Shown: positions 48,874 to 59,230, counted from the first letter of the stretch. The stretch: DNA of 64,000 bases from Bacillota bacterium (GCA_963666425.2 OY762825.2:576001-640000), one strand, 5' to 3'. Notes: a model not told the origin generated them from the letters alone. Numbers and translations: made by a program.

Positions 48874-50094
48874 TTATGCCAACGGCGCCAGACTGTCTTC
48901 TTTGCGAAATTGCATCAGATTATAAACACATAAACCAGTCGCCAAGAGAAAAGCCAGGGAAGCTGCAATAAATGGCAGCTTAGGGTTGGAAGCAAAAACC
49001 AAACCGGAAAACAAGGGTCCGGTACACATACCCAGCGCTTTGGCTGCATTGAAGACACCGGAGATCTCACCTTTGCTGCTGCTGCTGTTGCGGACAACGA
49101 GCGCCTGCTGGATGGGGACGTAAATGGCATTGAAGATATAAAAGATCAGTGCAGAAGCCAGGAAAAACACTTGGTCTTGCGCAATCACCAGGAAGATTAA
49201 AGAAACCCCGCACATAGCGATGACCGGAATGATCGATTTGCGGCTGTCCGTATGCCGGGTAATCCAGATATTGATGGTCAAATTGGCCGTTAAAGCAATA
49301 ATACCGACCACAGCTTTAAAAATTCCGTTATAGGAAGGCGGAAAATTCAACTGCGCTTTTAAGAAGTAATTAAACGATTGATCCTGCGCATTGGTAGCAA
49401 AACTCGTGATGAAAACGATGACTAAAAACATCATCATAGAACCGGTAACCAGATGAGACGAACGAATGATATTGCTGATCGGATTAACCTCGGCAAGTGA
49501 TAAACGCTTTTTAGAAAAGACTGTTTGAATCTCTCCAACAAAGGCTGAACTGACCAGGACCGTCAGCAGCAAACCCGCAACCTGAAGATAGAAAACAATC
49601 CGCAAATTACCTCCCCAGGAGGCTAACGCGAGATCACCCAGAAAACCGCCGATTAAATAACCGATGGCCGAGCCGACAGAGGCCAAAGCGGCAAAGATCG
49701 CCATATACTGCCCCTTGGCTGCATTGCCTTTCGCGGCGGTAGCCAAATAAGCCATCACGCTGACAGCCTGCCCCGACATAAAAGTACCGGCGATGAAACG
49801 CCCGATCAGAACGGTGGCGGGACCGTTGGCCTGTCCAAATACAAATTGACCGGCCGCATAACCTACACAGGCGATTCCCATCGCTTTGACATAGCCGTAA
49901 TTGTCACCGAAACGTCCCCAAAAGGCTGCCATCAGAAAATTCGCCAGTGCCATCGTAGCAAAAGCAAGTCCGAACATATAATCCGGACAATTAATTTTTT
50001 GCAGGAACGTAGGTGTGATCGGGTGAGCAAAATTGGCTACGATACAGATCATAAAGTAGTATGCTAAGAGTCGAAAAACAGATGCCTTACGCAA
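48874..50094 (-). CDS. MFS transporter
   Basis: About 12 hydrophobic segments, WGRFGDNYG loop, GRFIAG; start set to TTG after GGGAGG. Confidence 0.88.
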   Translation of the reverse strand: MRKASVFRLLAYYFMICIVANFAHPITPTFLQKINCPDYMFGLAFATMALANFLMAAFWGRFGDNYGYVKAMGIACVGYAAGQFVFGQANGPATVLIGRFIAGTFMSGQAVSVMAYLATAAKGNAAKGQYMAIFAALASVGSAIGYLIGGFLGDLALASWGGNLRIVFYLQVAGLLLTVLVSSAFVGEIQTVFSKKRLSLAEVNPISNIIRSSHLVTGSMMMFLVIVFITSFATNAQDQSFNYFLKAQLNFPPSYNGIFKAVVGIIALTANLTINIWITRHTDSRKSIIPVIAMCGVSLIFLVIAQDQVFFLASALIFYIFNAIYVPIQQALVVRNSSSSKGEISGVFNAAKALGMCTGPLFSGLVFASNPKLPFIAASLAFLLATGLCVYNLMQFRKEDSLAPLA

Positions 50095-50280
50095 AGAGAA
50101 AACCTCCCAGATTGCCTTATTGGTCATTGAGTCGTCTACCGAATGCAATGAATTGTGCAGCTTTGTTTCTGCGAAGTCAAGTGCAGAGGGCAAACCTACT
50201 TCTTGTCGTGCAATTTGACAGAATAAAGCACTGACAGCCGGCAGAAAAAGCATGGGCTAAGCCTGATCTACACGCTTTTC

Positions 50281-51435
50281 TCATTGCAGTTCGATACAGC
50301 AAAGCCCTTGTGCACCTCGCAGATTTTGTCGTTTTTTCATCTGCGGTAAGCAGGTATGATAGACCGCCTGCAGCTGCCAGCCCGCTGCGATGGCTAACTC
50401 AGCCAGGATTTCATCCAGCCAGCGGCTGTTGACGCGGCGTTCCGCCACAGCCCAAACATTGCGCGCACCAACTTTGCAGAACCGTCGCTGTTCCTGTAAA
50501 ACTCGTGTCATATAAGCGGACCACTCCGGCATGGTATATAAACGGGGTAACCGCGCCGTAAAGTCTTCTTCCGAAAAACCGTTCAGCCATAAGCGCAGCC
50601 AATTCTCATCGACATACTGCAGGGTATTCAGAAAGGGCGGTGAGGTGAACTGCAGATCCACACTGTGGTCCGGGATAGCCGCCAAATGGGCGGCGTCGGC
50701 AACCAGACAGCACCCTGCTGCTGCATTTGGTGCCGCCTTGTCCTGTAAATAAAACGCGCTGCGCTGCCGGAGCAGGTCGGTGATCTGCATTTCCCGGTTG
50801 TAATCGATCTGATTTTTCTGATTAAGCCTTTTTTGCTGCTCCGGCCGCGTGGCGTAACCGGCAGGCAGCGTCGGAAAGGAAAAATAGTGCGCATCACTGC
50901 CGAGCAGCCGTTCGGTCAGCACAAAGCGCAGCCAGCGATCGATGGAATCCAAGCTGCCTGTCTGCTGCCGCATCAGGAGATATTGCCGCATGGAGAGCAG
51001 CTGCCGCAGAATTTGAGGAGAAAAATAAGCGAGCAGATCCTGTCTTGATGCCTCATCGATCCATACGGGGGTATCAAAGGGAATTTCACGCAGACGCTGT
51101 TCAATTGCTTGTAAATCAGGCGGCTGCAACCGCGCTTCGGCTAAGATCGGCATCAATGGATTTAAGTCATTCAAAAAAAAGCTGCGGCCCTGGCGCGCCG
51201 CCTCAATCCCGGTGGTACCGCGCCCGGCAAAGACATCACAGACCAATTCGCCCTCTTTTGTTTTTTCGTGAATGAACCAGGCGGCGATCTGACTGTGCAG
51301 ACCGGCAAGGTAGGCAACCTGATGAATGATCGCTTCTTCTCTGCCTACCGCCGGAAAAATCAACTCCCAAGAGGGTAAATCCGCTGCATAACCATGCGAT
51401 TGACCTTGATAAGGCTCCGCTTGTAGATATTCCAT
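50281..51435 (-). CDS. Orphan amino-DNA methyltransferase (m4C/m6A)
   Basis: SAM motif DVFAGRGTT precedes catalytic TSPPF; no endonuclease gene adjacent. Confidence 0.8.
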   Translation of the reverse strand: MEYLQAEPYQGQSHGYAADLPSWELIFPAVGREEAIIHQVAYLAGLHSQIAAWFIHEKTKEGELVCDVFAGRGTTGIEAARQGRSFFLNDLNPLMPILAEARLQPPDLQAIEQRLREIPFDTPVWIDEASRQDLLAYFSPQILRQLLSMRQYLLMRQQTGSLDSIDRWLRFVLTERLLGSDAHYFSFPTLPAGYATRPEQQKRLNQKNQIDYNREMQITDLLRQRSAFYLQDKAAPNAAAGCCLVADAAHLAAIPDHSVDLQFTSPPFLNTLQYVDENWLRLWLNGFSEEDFTARLPRLYTMPEWSAYMTRVLQEQRRFCKVGARNVWAVAERRVNSRWLDEILAELAIAAGWQLQAVYHTCLPQMKKRQNLRGAQGLCCIELQ

Positions 51436-51469
51436 GCGGCTTCTCCTCTCCTCAATGCAGTACAGATGT

Positions 51470-51501
51470 GAAAAAACGCCGCGTAAAAAGATACGCGGCG
51501 T
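51470..51501 (-). terminator. Terminator after the tRNA
   Basis: acgccgcgta-tcttt-tacgcggcgttttttt on the minus strand. Confidence 0.8.
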
Positions 51502-51510
51502 AGCATAAAC

Positions 51511-51585
51511 TGGCTCCACAAGTAGGATTCGAACCTACAACCTATCGGTTAACAGCCGATTGCTCTACCGTTGAGCTATTGTGGA
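51511..51585 (-). tRNA. tRNA-Asn (GTT)
   Basis: TCCACAATAGCTCAACGGTAGAGCAATCGGCT-GTT-AACCGATAGGTTGTAGGTTCGAATCCTACTTGTGGAGCCA cloverleaf with encoded CCA. Confidence 0.97.
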
Positions 51586-51602
51586 ATGTCAAGAATACGT
51601 TT

Positions 51603-51631
51603 ATTTTAGCAGACGAAGAACCGCTTGTCAA
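51603..51631 (-). promoter_or_regulatory. Sigma-A promoter of the tRNA
   Basis: TTGACA-N17-TAAAAT with extended -10 TG. Confidence 0.8.
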
Positions 51632-51696
51632 CGCAATCGAAATGTCTTTTCTGACAGGTTTCTTTCGTCGTTTGTCTTTGGCGAAAAACCTTGCTC

Positions 51697-52845
51697 TTAT
51701 CTGTCCGATTGTTCAAAGGTACCCCAGACAACCGGCTGTCCCTGATCGACCATGCAGCGGCCTTTTGCCCAAACCTGATGAATGTTCAGTTCCTGATCGG
51801 TTATCAAGAAATCAGCATCGGCCGCGACGGCGACACAGCCTTTCCTGCCGCTCAGACCAAAGAAGGCGGCCTGATTGACACCGAAAAAGTGCAGTGCCTG
51901 CGTCAGCGTCATGCCGGCAGCGACAAATGCTTTGAAGTTATCATAAACCGTGCCAATAGAGCCGACCCCGATACCGATATAATTGTTTTGCGCATCGAAG
52001 CGCGGCATCGAGCCGTTGCCATCGGAGCTGATGGTAATCTTGTCAATCGGAGCGCCTGCCGCGAGGACATACTGAACCGCTTCAATCGCTTTCTCACTGG
52101 CGGTAATGTCCATGTGACCACCCATTTTGGTGAAGCGCACCCCTTGATCCAAGAGCATACGGCTGCGCGCCATATGCGTTGGCAGCAGATTCTGAATTGG
52201 CAGATCGCAAACCTGCAAGAGATCAAACAGGGGTTGAATACCGGCTTGCCCCGGACCGACATGTAAATGGGTGATGCCGGCTTTGCCGCCGATTAAGCCG
52301 CCGACACGGGCTTCCATGGCCATGCGGCCCAATTCATTTAAGGTAGGATGCGCGGAGCGGTGATCGGAAATCGCCACTTTCACTCCGATCACTTTCTCAA
52401 TCAGAATAACATCATCCCGGACACTTTTAGTGATAGTAGGAGAAGGGATTTCATAGGAGCCGGTATAGCAGAAGGTGGTAATCCCCTCCGTTTCAAGCGC
52501 TTTCGCTTTGGTTATCAGAGATTCTACCGAGCGTGTGGTGCCATCGGTGCCTAAGACGCCAACAATCGTGGTCACACCATAGCGCGTGATCTGCGAAAGC
52601 GTAATCTCCGGTGTGCGGGTAGCCGGACCACCTTCGCCGCCGCCGCCTAAAATATGGACATGCCCATCGATCAAACCGGGCATCAGGAGCCGATCCTGAC
52701 AATTCACCACTTCCACTTTTCCCAGCCCCTGCGGAATTGGAATATGCGGAGCAATATGCGCAATGCGGCCGTCGGCAATCAGAATATCCTGGATGCCAAG
52801 ATCTTCCGGCGCGTAAATATGAGCCTGCTGAAGCACTGTTAACAT
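51697..52845 (-). CDS. iadA: Beta-aspartyl (isoaspartyl) dipeptidase
   Basis: DGHVHILGGGGEGG, GTDGTTR, TGSY, ISDHRS, SSDGNGS. Confidence 0.95.
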   Translation of the reverse strand: MLTVLQQAHIYAPEDLGIQDILIADGRIAHIAPHIPIPQGLGKVEVVNCQDRLLMPGLIDGHVHILGGGGEGGPATRTPEITLSQITRYGVTTIVGVLGTDGTTRSVESLITKAKALETEGITTFCYTGSYEIPSPTITKSVRDDVILIEKVIGVKVAISDHRSAHPTLNELGRMAMEARVGGLIGGKAGITHLHVGPGQAGIQPLFDLLQVCDLPIQNLLPTHMARSRMLLDQGVRFTKMGGHMDITASEKAIEAVQYVLAAGAPIDKITISSDGNGSMPRFDAQNNYIGIGVGSIGTVYDNFKAFVAAGMTLTQALHFFGVNQAAFFGLSGRKGCVAVAADADFLITDQELNIHQVWAKGRCMVDQGQPVVWGTFEQSDR

Positions 52846-52947
52846 TTTTTGAACTTCCTTCCCATCCGATTTTTCATATGTTGAAAATGGTTCGCTTTTC
52901 CGGTCTGGTACTCCTGCAAAAACGATTTTTAAAAACCGAATGATACT

Positions 52948-53418
52948 TCAATGCGTGCGTGTTTCGAGATAGCGCTGAATGGCTTTGATCAAAGGCACCC
53001 CGAGCAGCAGTACCACCACGGCTTCCGACACAGCGATATAAAGCGCCGTGCTCCAATAGGGTAAATCATTTAAATAAGCAATATAACCGGCCACAATAAT
53101 CCCGTTGAACAGCACCGGCATGGCGGCAGCCAACCAAAAATGTTTGCGGAAGTAACGGCTGCAGAGTGCTGCCAGGATGGTTGCGAGAGTGCCCAAGACC
53201 CAGTCCCAGGCGCCAAACGGACTGGCAAGATTAGCTAAAAAGCAGCCCAAACTGACACCAACCACACTTTCCGGCAGCAGAATCGGCAGCAGGGTCAGCG
53301 CTTCTGAGGCGCGGAACTGCAGCGGTCCAAAAGAGAACGGCTGCAGGGCGAGCGCCGCTACGGCATACAGAGCGGCAATCATGGCCATTAAAGCCAGCGA
53401 ACGCAGAGGAGTTTTCAT
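52948..53418 (-). CDS. queT: QueT family queuosine-precursor transporter
   Basis: IAALY, SFGPLQFRASEAL, GCFLAN; preQ1 riboswitch upstream. Confidence 0.9.
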   Translation of the reverse strand: MKTPLRSLALMAMIAALYAVAALALQPFSFGPLQFRASEALTLLPILLPESVVGVSLGCFLANLASPFGAWDWVLGTLATILAALCSRYFRKHFWLAAAMPVLFNGIIVAGYIAYLNDLPYWSTALYIAVSEAVVVLLLGVPLIKAIQRYLETRTH

Positions 53419-53454
53419 TTTCACAAAATAACACACCTTTCTGCTATGTACACG

Positions 53455-53476
53455 AAAAAAGAGGCCAATGGCCCCT
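53455..53476 (-). terminator. Riboswitch expression-platform terminator
   Basis: aggggccattggcctctttttt between the aptamer and queT. Confidence 0.75.
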
Positions 53477-53497
53477 TGTACTGCTTTTAGGCAGCGG

Positions 53498-53540
53498 TCC
53501 ATAGTTTTGTTTTACGGCAGGCGGATTTCGAACTGCCGGT
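53498..53540 (-). ncRNA. preQ1-I riboswitch
   Basis: CGGCAG-TTCGAAATCCGC-CTGCCG-TAAAACAAAACTA: short stem, UUCG loop start and A-rich 3' tail, upstream of queT. Confidence 0.85.
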
Positions 53541-53718
53541 ATAAAGGCATTACTGCCTTGTTTGTAGCCAGTATAGCAGAGCGGCTGCCGGAATACAACC
53601 GGTGTTTTCGCTGCTGACGGATTGATACAGATTTACAGAAAATCAATCAGCGAAACAAAGGATTTGCTGTTTGTTCTGTCGAAAATCAGAAAAAAATAAG
53701 AAAATTGTGGTGATCATT

Positions 53719-54459
53719 TTGTTGTATCCTGCGAAAAATCAAATAAAAAACCCTCTGCTGCTGGCTCAATACAAGCAGTACTGCATCGTCGATATCGAAA
53801 CCAGCGGTCTGGATCCCGCCAAAGCAGAAATCGTGGAACTGGCCTGCAGTATTGTGTCCGGTGCCAAGATCATCGGAGATTTCAGTGTCTTGCTGCAGCC
53901 CTCTCAACCCATGTCAGAAGAAGTGATCGCCATCCATGGCATTCGCAACGAAGACGTGGAATCTGCTTTTTCTCCGGCAGACGCTTTGGCAAGATTTGAA
54001 TTCTATATCGGCGATCTGCCATTGGTGGCGCACAATGCCAATTTTGACTTCACTTTTATCCAAACTGCTCTGGGTTATCCCCTGCCGAATGCACTCTTCG
54101 ATTCGATTGCCTTGGCGCAGCAGCTGCTGCCCGCACAGCCGCGTTACAGCGTTACCGCTCTTTGCGCTTATTTTGATATCGTCAATGAGCAGGCGCATCG
54201 GGCGCTTTCGGACTGCCACGCGACGGCGGAAATTGTAATTCGCCTGCTGCAGCGTTATGCGGACGGCGCCATAGCCGAACCGCTCAAACTGTATAAGGTA
54301 GTGGAACCGAATACTTATCAGATTCGTGCGCAGCTGAAAGCAGCCGGTTTTCGCTGGTATCAAGAGCAGCGCTGCTGGGGAGTCGAACAGCCGCAGCAGA
54401 CAGAGCAGCCGCAGGAAATCATGATTCAGGGTTTCCTCTGCCGCTTGCTGGAAACATAG
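53719..54459 (+). CDS. DEDDh 3'-5' exonuclease (DnaQ/epsilon-like) with short C-terminal extension
   Basis: VDIETSG, IHGI, VAHNANFD, HRALSD; start uncertain (53707-53719). Confidence 0.88.
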   Translation: MLYPAKNQIKNPLLLAQYKQYCIVDIETSGLDPAKAEIVELACSIVSGAKIIGDFSVLLQPSQPMSEEVIAIHGIRNEDVESAFSPADALARFEFYIGDLPLVAHNANFDFTFIQTALGYPLPNALFDSIALAQQLLPAQPRYSVTALCAYFDIVNEQAHRALSDCHATAEIVIRLLQRYADGAIAEPLKLYKVVEPNTYQIRAQLKAAGFRWYQEQRCWGVEQPQQTEQPQEIMIQGFLCRLLET

Positions 54460-54511
54460 GACAGCAAGCGTTTTTAAAAACCTACCACAGCGGTCGTCTT
54501 CTCCACCCGCT

Positions 54512-55048
54512 TCAGGCGTTTGTCAGGTAATCGCAGGCGGCCAGAATACCCAGCCAGGTTTTGCTGTCCTGACGGATCGCTGGATTTTGCCGGGCTTCGG
54601 CCAGCGGCAGCTTAACCAGATCCAATATCTCATCCTCATCGCAGGGCAGCGGATCGGCTGTTAATTCGCGTGCCAGAAAGAAATAAAAGAGTTCGCTGCA
54701 ATAACCGGGTGAGACATAACTGGCAGCCAACAGCAGCAGATTATCGCTGCGCAGACCGGTTTCTTCCCTGATTTCACGCTGGGCTGCCGTTTGTGGCGAT
54801 TCTCCCGCTTCCATCACGCCGGCAGGCAATTCCAGCATAATCTGTTCGGTTCCGGCGCGCCATTGTCTAACCAGCAGGACATTGCCCTCGGCATCGATGG
54901 GGATGAGCACCACTGCCGGTCCTTTTTCTACGACGGACCGCTCGTAGCGATGCCCCCGCGCATCCTCGACTGTTTTCTGTTCCACGCGAAAAATCGCTGT
55001 CTGCAGCTGCGTCTTGGTTGCTAAGACAGTGCAATTCAGTGAATCCAT
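54512..55048 (-). CDS. NUDIX hydrolase (ADP-ribose pyrophosphatase-like)
   Basis: VRQWR, ELPAG...AAQREIREETG, SPG. Confidence 0.9.
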   Translation of the reverse strand: MDSLNCTVLATKTQLQTAIFRVEQKTVEDARGHRYERSVVEKGPAVVLIPIDAEGNVLLVRQWRAGTEQIMLELPAGVMEAGESPQTAAQREIREETGLRSDNLLLLAASYVSPGYCSELFYFFLARELTADPLPCDEDEILDLVKLPLAEARQNPAIRQDSKTWLGILAACDYLTNA

Positions 55049-55108
55049 TTTCTCCTCCTATGCGAAAAGAAGTTGTCACCGACCAGCGGCAGCAACCTCT
55101 TTTTATGC

Positions 55109-56293
55109 TTATTTCAAATTTAGTTTTTGGATGCCTGCTTGCAGACGTTCCACCGCTTCTTCCACCAACTGATGTGGACAGGCTACATTGACTCGAATAA
55201 AACCTTCGCCGCCCTCGCCAAAGGTAGTGCCATCATTAAAGACCAGCTGCAGATCTTCCAGCAGCCACTTCATTAAGTCCGGCTGACTCTTTTTTAAGCC
55301 GCGGCAGTCGATCCATAAGAGATAGGTACCTTCCGGCATCACACATTTGAGTGGAGCGCAGCGGGTATTGATTGCCTGAACCATGTAGGTCAGATTGGCG
55401 TCGATGTGTGCGTTCATTTGATCCAGCCATTCCACACCATCGGTATAACAAGCTTCCAGAGCAAGTTTTCCCATGTAGTTGCCGCCGGCGCGGCCGATAC
55501 GGAATTTTTTATATTTCTCTCGGAGTTCCGCATTGGGAATCACAATGTAGGAAGTCCGCAAGCCAGCCAGATTGAAGGTTTTGGAACCGGCAAACATGAC
55601 TGCCATGCGCTGTTCAATTTCCGGACCCAAAGTGCCGACGGTATGATGTGTCACACCGCTGCGGAGAATGTCAAAGTGAATCTCATCAGAGATCAGATAA
55701 CAATCGTGTTCCAGCAGAATTGAAGTCAGCTTTTGCAGCTCCTCTAAAGACCAGACGCGGCCGGTTGCATTATGCGGAGAGCAGAGTAAAAATACTTTTG
55801 GTTTGGGCTGAGCAGTTAAAAACAGGCTCTGCAGTTGTTCAAAATCCATTTCATAGCGTTCACCGTTAAACTTGAGCGGATTTAAAACAATATTGCAGCC
55901 GCTGTTTTTGGTATTGGAATAAAAAGGCGGATAAACCGGATTCTGAATAATCACGGAATCGCCGGGCTTGGTCATCACCGACAAAGCGCTGAAGCAGCCA
56001 TCCATCACGCCGCTGTTAAAATCAATCCAGTCGGCTTCCACCTGCCAGCCAAAGCGGCTGCTAAGCCAGTTTTGTATGGCCGGGATCAGGCTTTTTCTGT
56101 CCGTGCTGTAACCGTAAGCCCCGTGTTCAACATAGGCTTTCAAAGCGTCGATGGCAGGCTGGCAGGTAGCAAAATCACTGTCGGCCACCGGCATCGGCAG
56201 CAAATCTCCCTTTTGATAAGGCCGGTTGTTCTTATTCCATTTTGAGGAATTCCAGGGACGACGATCCAAAAATTGATTAAAATCGTATTTCAT
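55109..56293 (-). CDS. MalY/PatB family PLP C-S lyase
   Basis: PMPVADSDF, PVYPPF, CSPHN, SDEIH, SKTFNLAGL, EGTYLLW. Confidence 0.93.
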   Translation of the reverse strand: MKYDFNQFLDRRPWNSSKWNKNNRPYQKGDLLPMPVADSDFATCQPAIDALKAYVEHGAYGYSTDRKSLIPAIQNWLSSRFGWQVEADWIDFNSGVMDGCFSALSVMTKPGDSVIIQNPVYPPFYSNTKNSGCNIVLNPLKFNGERYEMDFEQLQSLFLTAQPKPKVFLLCSPHNATGRVWSLEELQKLTSILLEHDCYLISDEIHFDILRSGVTHHTVGTLGPEIEQRMAVMFAGSKTFNLAGLRTSYIVIPNAELREKYKKFRIGRAGGNYMGKLALEACYTDGVEWLDQMNAHIDANLTYMVQAINTRCAPLKCVMPEGTYLLWIDCRGLKKSQPDLMKWLLEDLQLVFNDGTTFGEGGEGFIRVNVACPHQLVEEAVERLQAGIQKLNLK

Positions 56294-56386
56294 AACAGGA
56301 ACCTCCGCTCATAAAATTAACTGAATCCTGCACTAATTACTTCAAAGCAGTTCGATCTTCCTGCCTGATAAAAAAAGTGACAAGAT

Positions 56387-57238
56387 TCAGCAAGAAGCCG
56401 CGAATTGCCCTACTTTTTCTCCCATCCGAATTTCATCGCCAATTTTCAGACTGTCCGAAAAAGAAATCATCCCCGGTTCAAAGAGCAGGATCACCGTAGA
56501 GCCGAAGTCAAACCAACCAACCTCTTGACCTTTGCCAAAGCATTGAGCAGAAAATCGCCTGGCTTCGATGCTCTTTCCTGTTTGCTTCTGCGAAGCGGTA
56601 TCGACAGCCATCCGGACCGAGCCGACCTGGCAGGAACCAACCATAATCAATGCGGCAGCACCGGCAGCGGTCTGCAGATAAGCAATTTCTCTGGCGTTGC
56701 GGCAGTAAAGACTCTCAATTCTCTGCCGGCTGAAGAGATTGACCGGGTATCTTAAGCCGTCGATCCGGCAAGTTTCTGCAATTTCACAGTCAAACGGAGC
56801 GTGGACATGATGATATTTTCCGGGCGACATATAGATGGTCAGATACTGACCGTTCAGAAAACGTTGGCTGTTTTGCCTGGAAGCCAGCAGTCTCTGTAAA
56901 GAATAACGCTTGCCTTTGACTTGCAGCAGGGTGTTTTGACGGATCTTACCCATGGCAATGACGCAGCCATCCGCCGGGCTGACAATGGCTGCCTGACTGG
57001 AACAAATTTCCCTGGCGCCCTCGCGCAAGCGGCGCAGGAAGAATTCACGGATGGAATGGTAACTGCCGAGCGGCTGCTCTGTTTCCTGTTGGTTAACTTG
57101 GAAAATCAGGCAAAACAGGGGAATAAAGTGTCTGCTGACCGGTAAAGAATAAAGGAATCGAACCAATTTCGATACGATCGGGTGAGACACGACCCAAAGC
57201 GAAAGATTTTCTATTTGAGTCCTGATGCTTTTTGGCAT
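56387..57238 (-). CDS. psd: Phosphatidylserine decarboxylase proenzyme
   Basis: FFLRRLR, SPADG, QVKG, YMSPGKYHHVHAP, cleavage motif FGST. Confidence 0.92.
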   Translation of the reverse strand: MPKSIRTQIENLSLWVVSHPIVSKLVRFLYSLPVSRHFIPLFCLIFQVNQQETEQPLGSYHSIREFFLRRLREGAREICSSQAAIVSPADGCVIAMGKIRQNTLLQVKGKRYSLQRLLASRQNSQRFLNGQYLTIYMSPGKYHHVHAPFDCEIAETCRIDGLRYPVNLFSRQRIESLYCRNAREIAYLQTAAGAAALIMVGSCQVGSVRMAVDTASQKQTGKSIEARRFSAQCFGKGQEVGWFDFGSTVILLFEPGMISFSDSLKIGDEIRMGEKVGQFAASC

Positions 57239-57273
57239 GGCTCACACTCCTTGAGTAAATTAAAGCCGCAGAC

Positions 57274-57723
57274 TCACTGTCTGCCGTAATAGCGTAAAGC
57301 AAAATTACCGATTTGACCATAGAGACCGTTATGACTTTGCTGGGTCAGATATTCCAACTGCTGGATATCCGTCATCCGCCATAAACAGTTATACATATGA
57401 TAGAATTGAGCTTTGACCAATTCGCTCATGCGATGTTCCAAATCACTGCGCTGTCCGCTGCTTAAACCGGCATATTCACTGACTAACTGCAGGCAGGCGT
57501 ACATCGTGCTTTCGGACATCACTTCAATCGGCTCCGTGGCGGTTGTATTGCGGGGAGTGCGCACCTCACGGCGTTGGTGTTGTCTCTTTGCTTCGCGTTC
57601 CAAATCATCATCGTTGCCAGAGGAATTAAAATTACGCGACTGGTTCATCGTACGATTTTGTTTGTTTTTCTGCATCAGTTTATTACCAACAACGGCAAGT
57701 ATAATCAGACCTATGATATCCAT
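57274..57723 (-). CDS. Hypothetical protein with N-terminal membrane anchor
   Basis: 149-aa ORF filling the intergenic space; sigma-H-like motif upstream (57803-57827). Confidence 0.65.
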   Translation of the reverse strand: MDIIGLIILAVVGNKLMQKNKQNRTMNQSRNFNSSGNDDDLEREAKRQHQRREVRTPRNTTATEPIEVMSESTMYACLQLVSEYAGLSSGQRSDLEHRMSELVKAQFYHMYNCLWRMTDIQQLEYLTQQSHNGLYGQIGNFALRYYGRQ

Positions 57724-57917
57724 CCCATGCCAAAGCTTTCATTGGAAAACTTCAGCCTCACCGCCTTCCGGATTGTTTTGTTAACGTATATCATACCATA
57801 AATTTCACTTTATGCAACAGATTTCCTGGTAAATCGATGTAAATTTAAGCATAACCTCCCATTCGAAACAGCAAAACACGCCAGCGAAGCGCCTTGCTGC
57901 TCCTATCAATCAGGCAC

Positions 57918-57946
57918 TTGACAGAAAGTTGAAAATGAGTGACAAT
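57918..57946 (+). promoter_or_regulatory. Sigma-A promoter of the thrE-like pair
   Basis: TTGACA-N17-GACAAT. Confidence 0.6.
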
Positions 57947-57992
57947 CGGACCAGAGATATCAATTGACCAGCGGTCGGAAAGGTGGTTTGCG

Positions 57993-58760
57993 ATGGATCA
58001 GTGGCCGTCCCGTTTTCAGTTGCCCATGTTGGCCGGAGAGTTACTATTAGTCAACGGCGCTGAGATTTTCCGGGTGGAGCAAACAATGGAACGTATGGCT
58101 TATGCCATGGGGGCCGAACGCGCGGATACCTTGGTTGTCTTATCCGGCATTCAAGCCAGCTTTACCGTACGCAATCAGGTCTATACCTATGTCCGCCGCG
58201 TGCGCAGCCGTCGGACCGGTTTGCGCATCATCATCGAAATCAATTCGATCTCCCGCCGTTTTTGCAGTGATGAGATTACTTTTGACGAAGCCGAAGCAAG
58301 TCTGCAAAAGCTGGCCATCGCTCCGACCCATCGTTCTCCCTTGCGTAAGGCGTTGGCTTCTGCGTTTGGCACGCTCTCGTTTTCGATCTTATTCCAACTG
58401 CGCGATCCCCTCTCCTTGTGCTACGCCACGATCAATGGTTTTCTGGCCAGTTACCTGACCGATCTCTTTGCTTACTGGCATCTGCCGGATTTTATCTCGA
58501 CTTACTGCACCAGTTTCTGCCTGACCGTCCTGACCTTCCTCTACCCTGCCTTGAGCAGCGGCGACATAGACCGTGTCTTATTGGCAGCCTTGATTTTTTT
58601 GCTGCCCGGCGTACCGCTTACCATCAGTATTCGTGAATTGACGAACGGCGATCTGCTCTCCGGCACAACACGCTTGACAGAAGCTGTAATCACCCTGATT
58701 ACCATAGCAGCCGGCGTCTATACCGTCTTCACGCTGTTCTCCTGGAGGTTGCCGGTATGA
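57993..58760 (+). CDS. Threonine/serine exporter family protein (ThrE/YjjP)
   Basis: GELLLVNGAEIFRVEQTMER, LLPGVPLTISIREL..GDLLSG. Confidence 0.9.
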   Translation: MDQWPSRFQLPMLAGELLLVNGAEIFRVEQTMERMAYAMGAERADTLVVLSGIQASFTVRNQVYTYVRRVRSRRTGLRIIIEINSISRRFCSDEITFDEAEASLQKLAIAPTHRSPLRKALASAFGTLSFSILFQLRDPLSLCYATINGFLASYLTDLFAYWHLPDFISTYCTSFCLTVLTFLYPALSSGDIDRVLLAALIFLLPGVPLTISIRELTNGDLLSGTTRLTEAVITLITIAAGVYTVFTLFSWRLPV

Positions 58761-59203
58761 TTTACGACTTTCTCTTTTCTTTTACCGCAGTGATTTGCTA
58801 TGCTTATCTTTTTGATGTCCCGCGGCGTCCAACCATCATAGCAGCATTCAGCGGTTCGCTTGCCTGGGTGATTACCCAGGTATGGCTGGCTGATTCTATC
58901 TTTGGTACCTTCCTGGCAGCTTTTCTGATTGCCGCTGTCGCCTATCTGCTGGCGCCTCGCCTGCATGTTCCGGTCACTTCGATGACAATACCCGGCATTA
59001 TTGTTCTGGTCCCGGGCACAATCGCTTACAGAGCTTTGCGCGCCATGATCGACGGCGATTACATTTCCTCCATTATGGGCATCATTTCGGTAGCCGCCAT
59101 CACCTTTTCCATTGCAGGGGGTTTGAGCACAGCCGAGCTGATCATGCTGCGGTTCAATCGTCTGATACAAAAATGGCAGCAAAACCGAAAAAAAGGCAAG
59201 TAA
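58757..59203 (+). CDS. Threonine/serine exporter family protein (ThrE_2/YjjB)
   Basis: PGIIVLVPG motif; coupled to the preceding gene. Confidence 0.88.
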   Translation: MIYDFLFSFTAVICYAYLFDVPRRPTIIAAFSGSLAWVITQVWLADSIFGTFLAAFLIAAVAYLLAPRLHVPVTSMTIPGIIVLVPGTIAYRALRAMIDGDYISSIMGIISVAAITFSIAGGLSTAELIMLRFNRLIQKWQQNRKKGK

Positions 59204-59230
59204 AATAGATCATTTCTTCTGCTGAAAACA

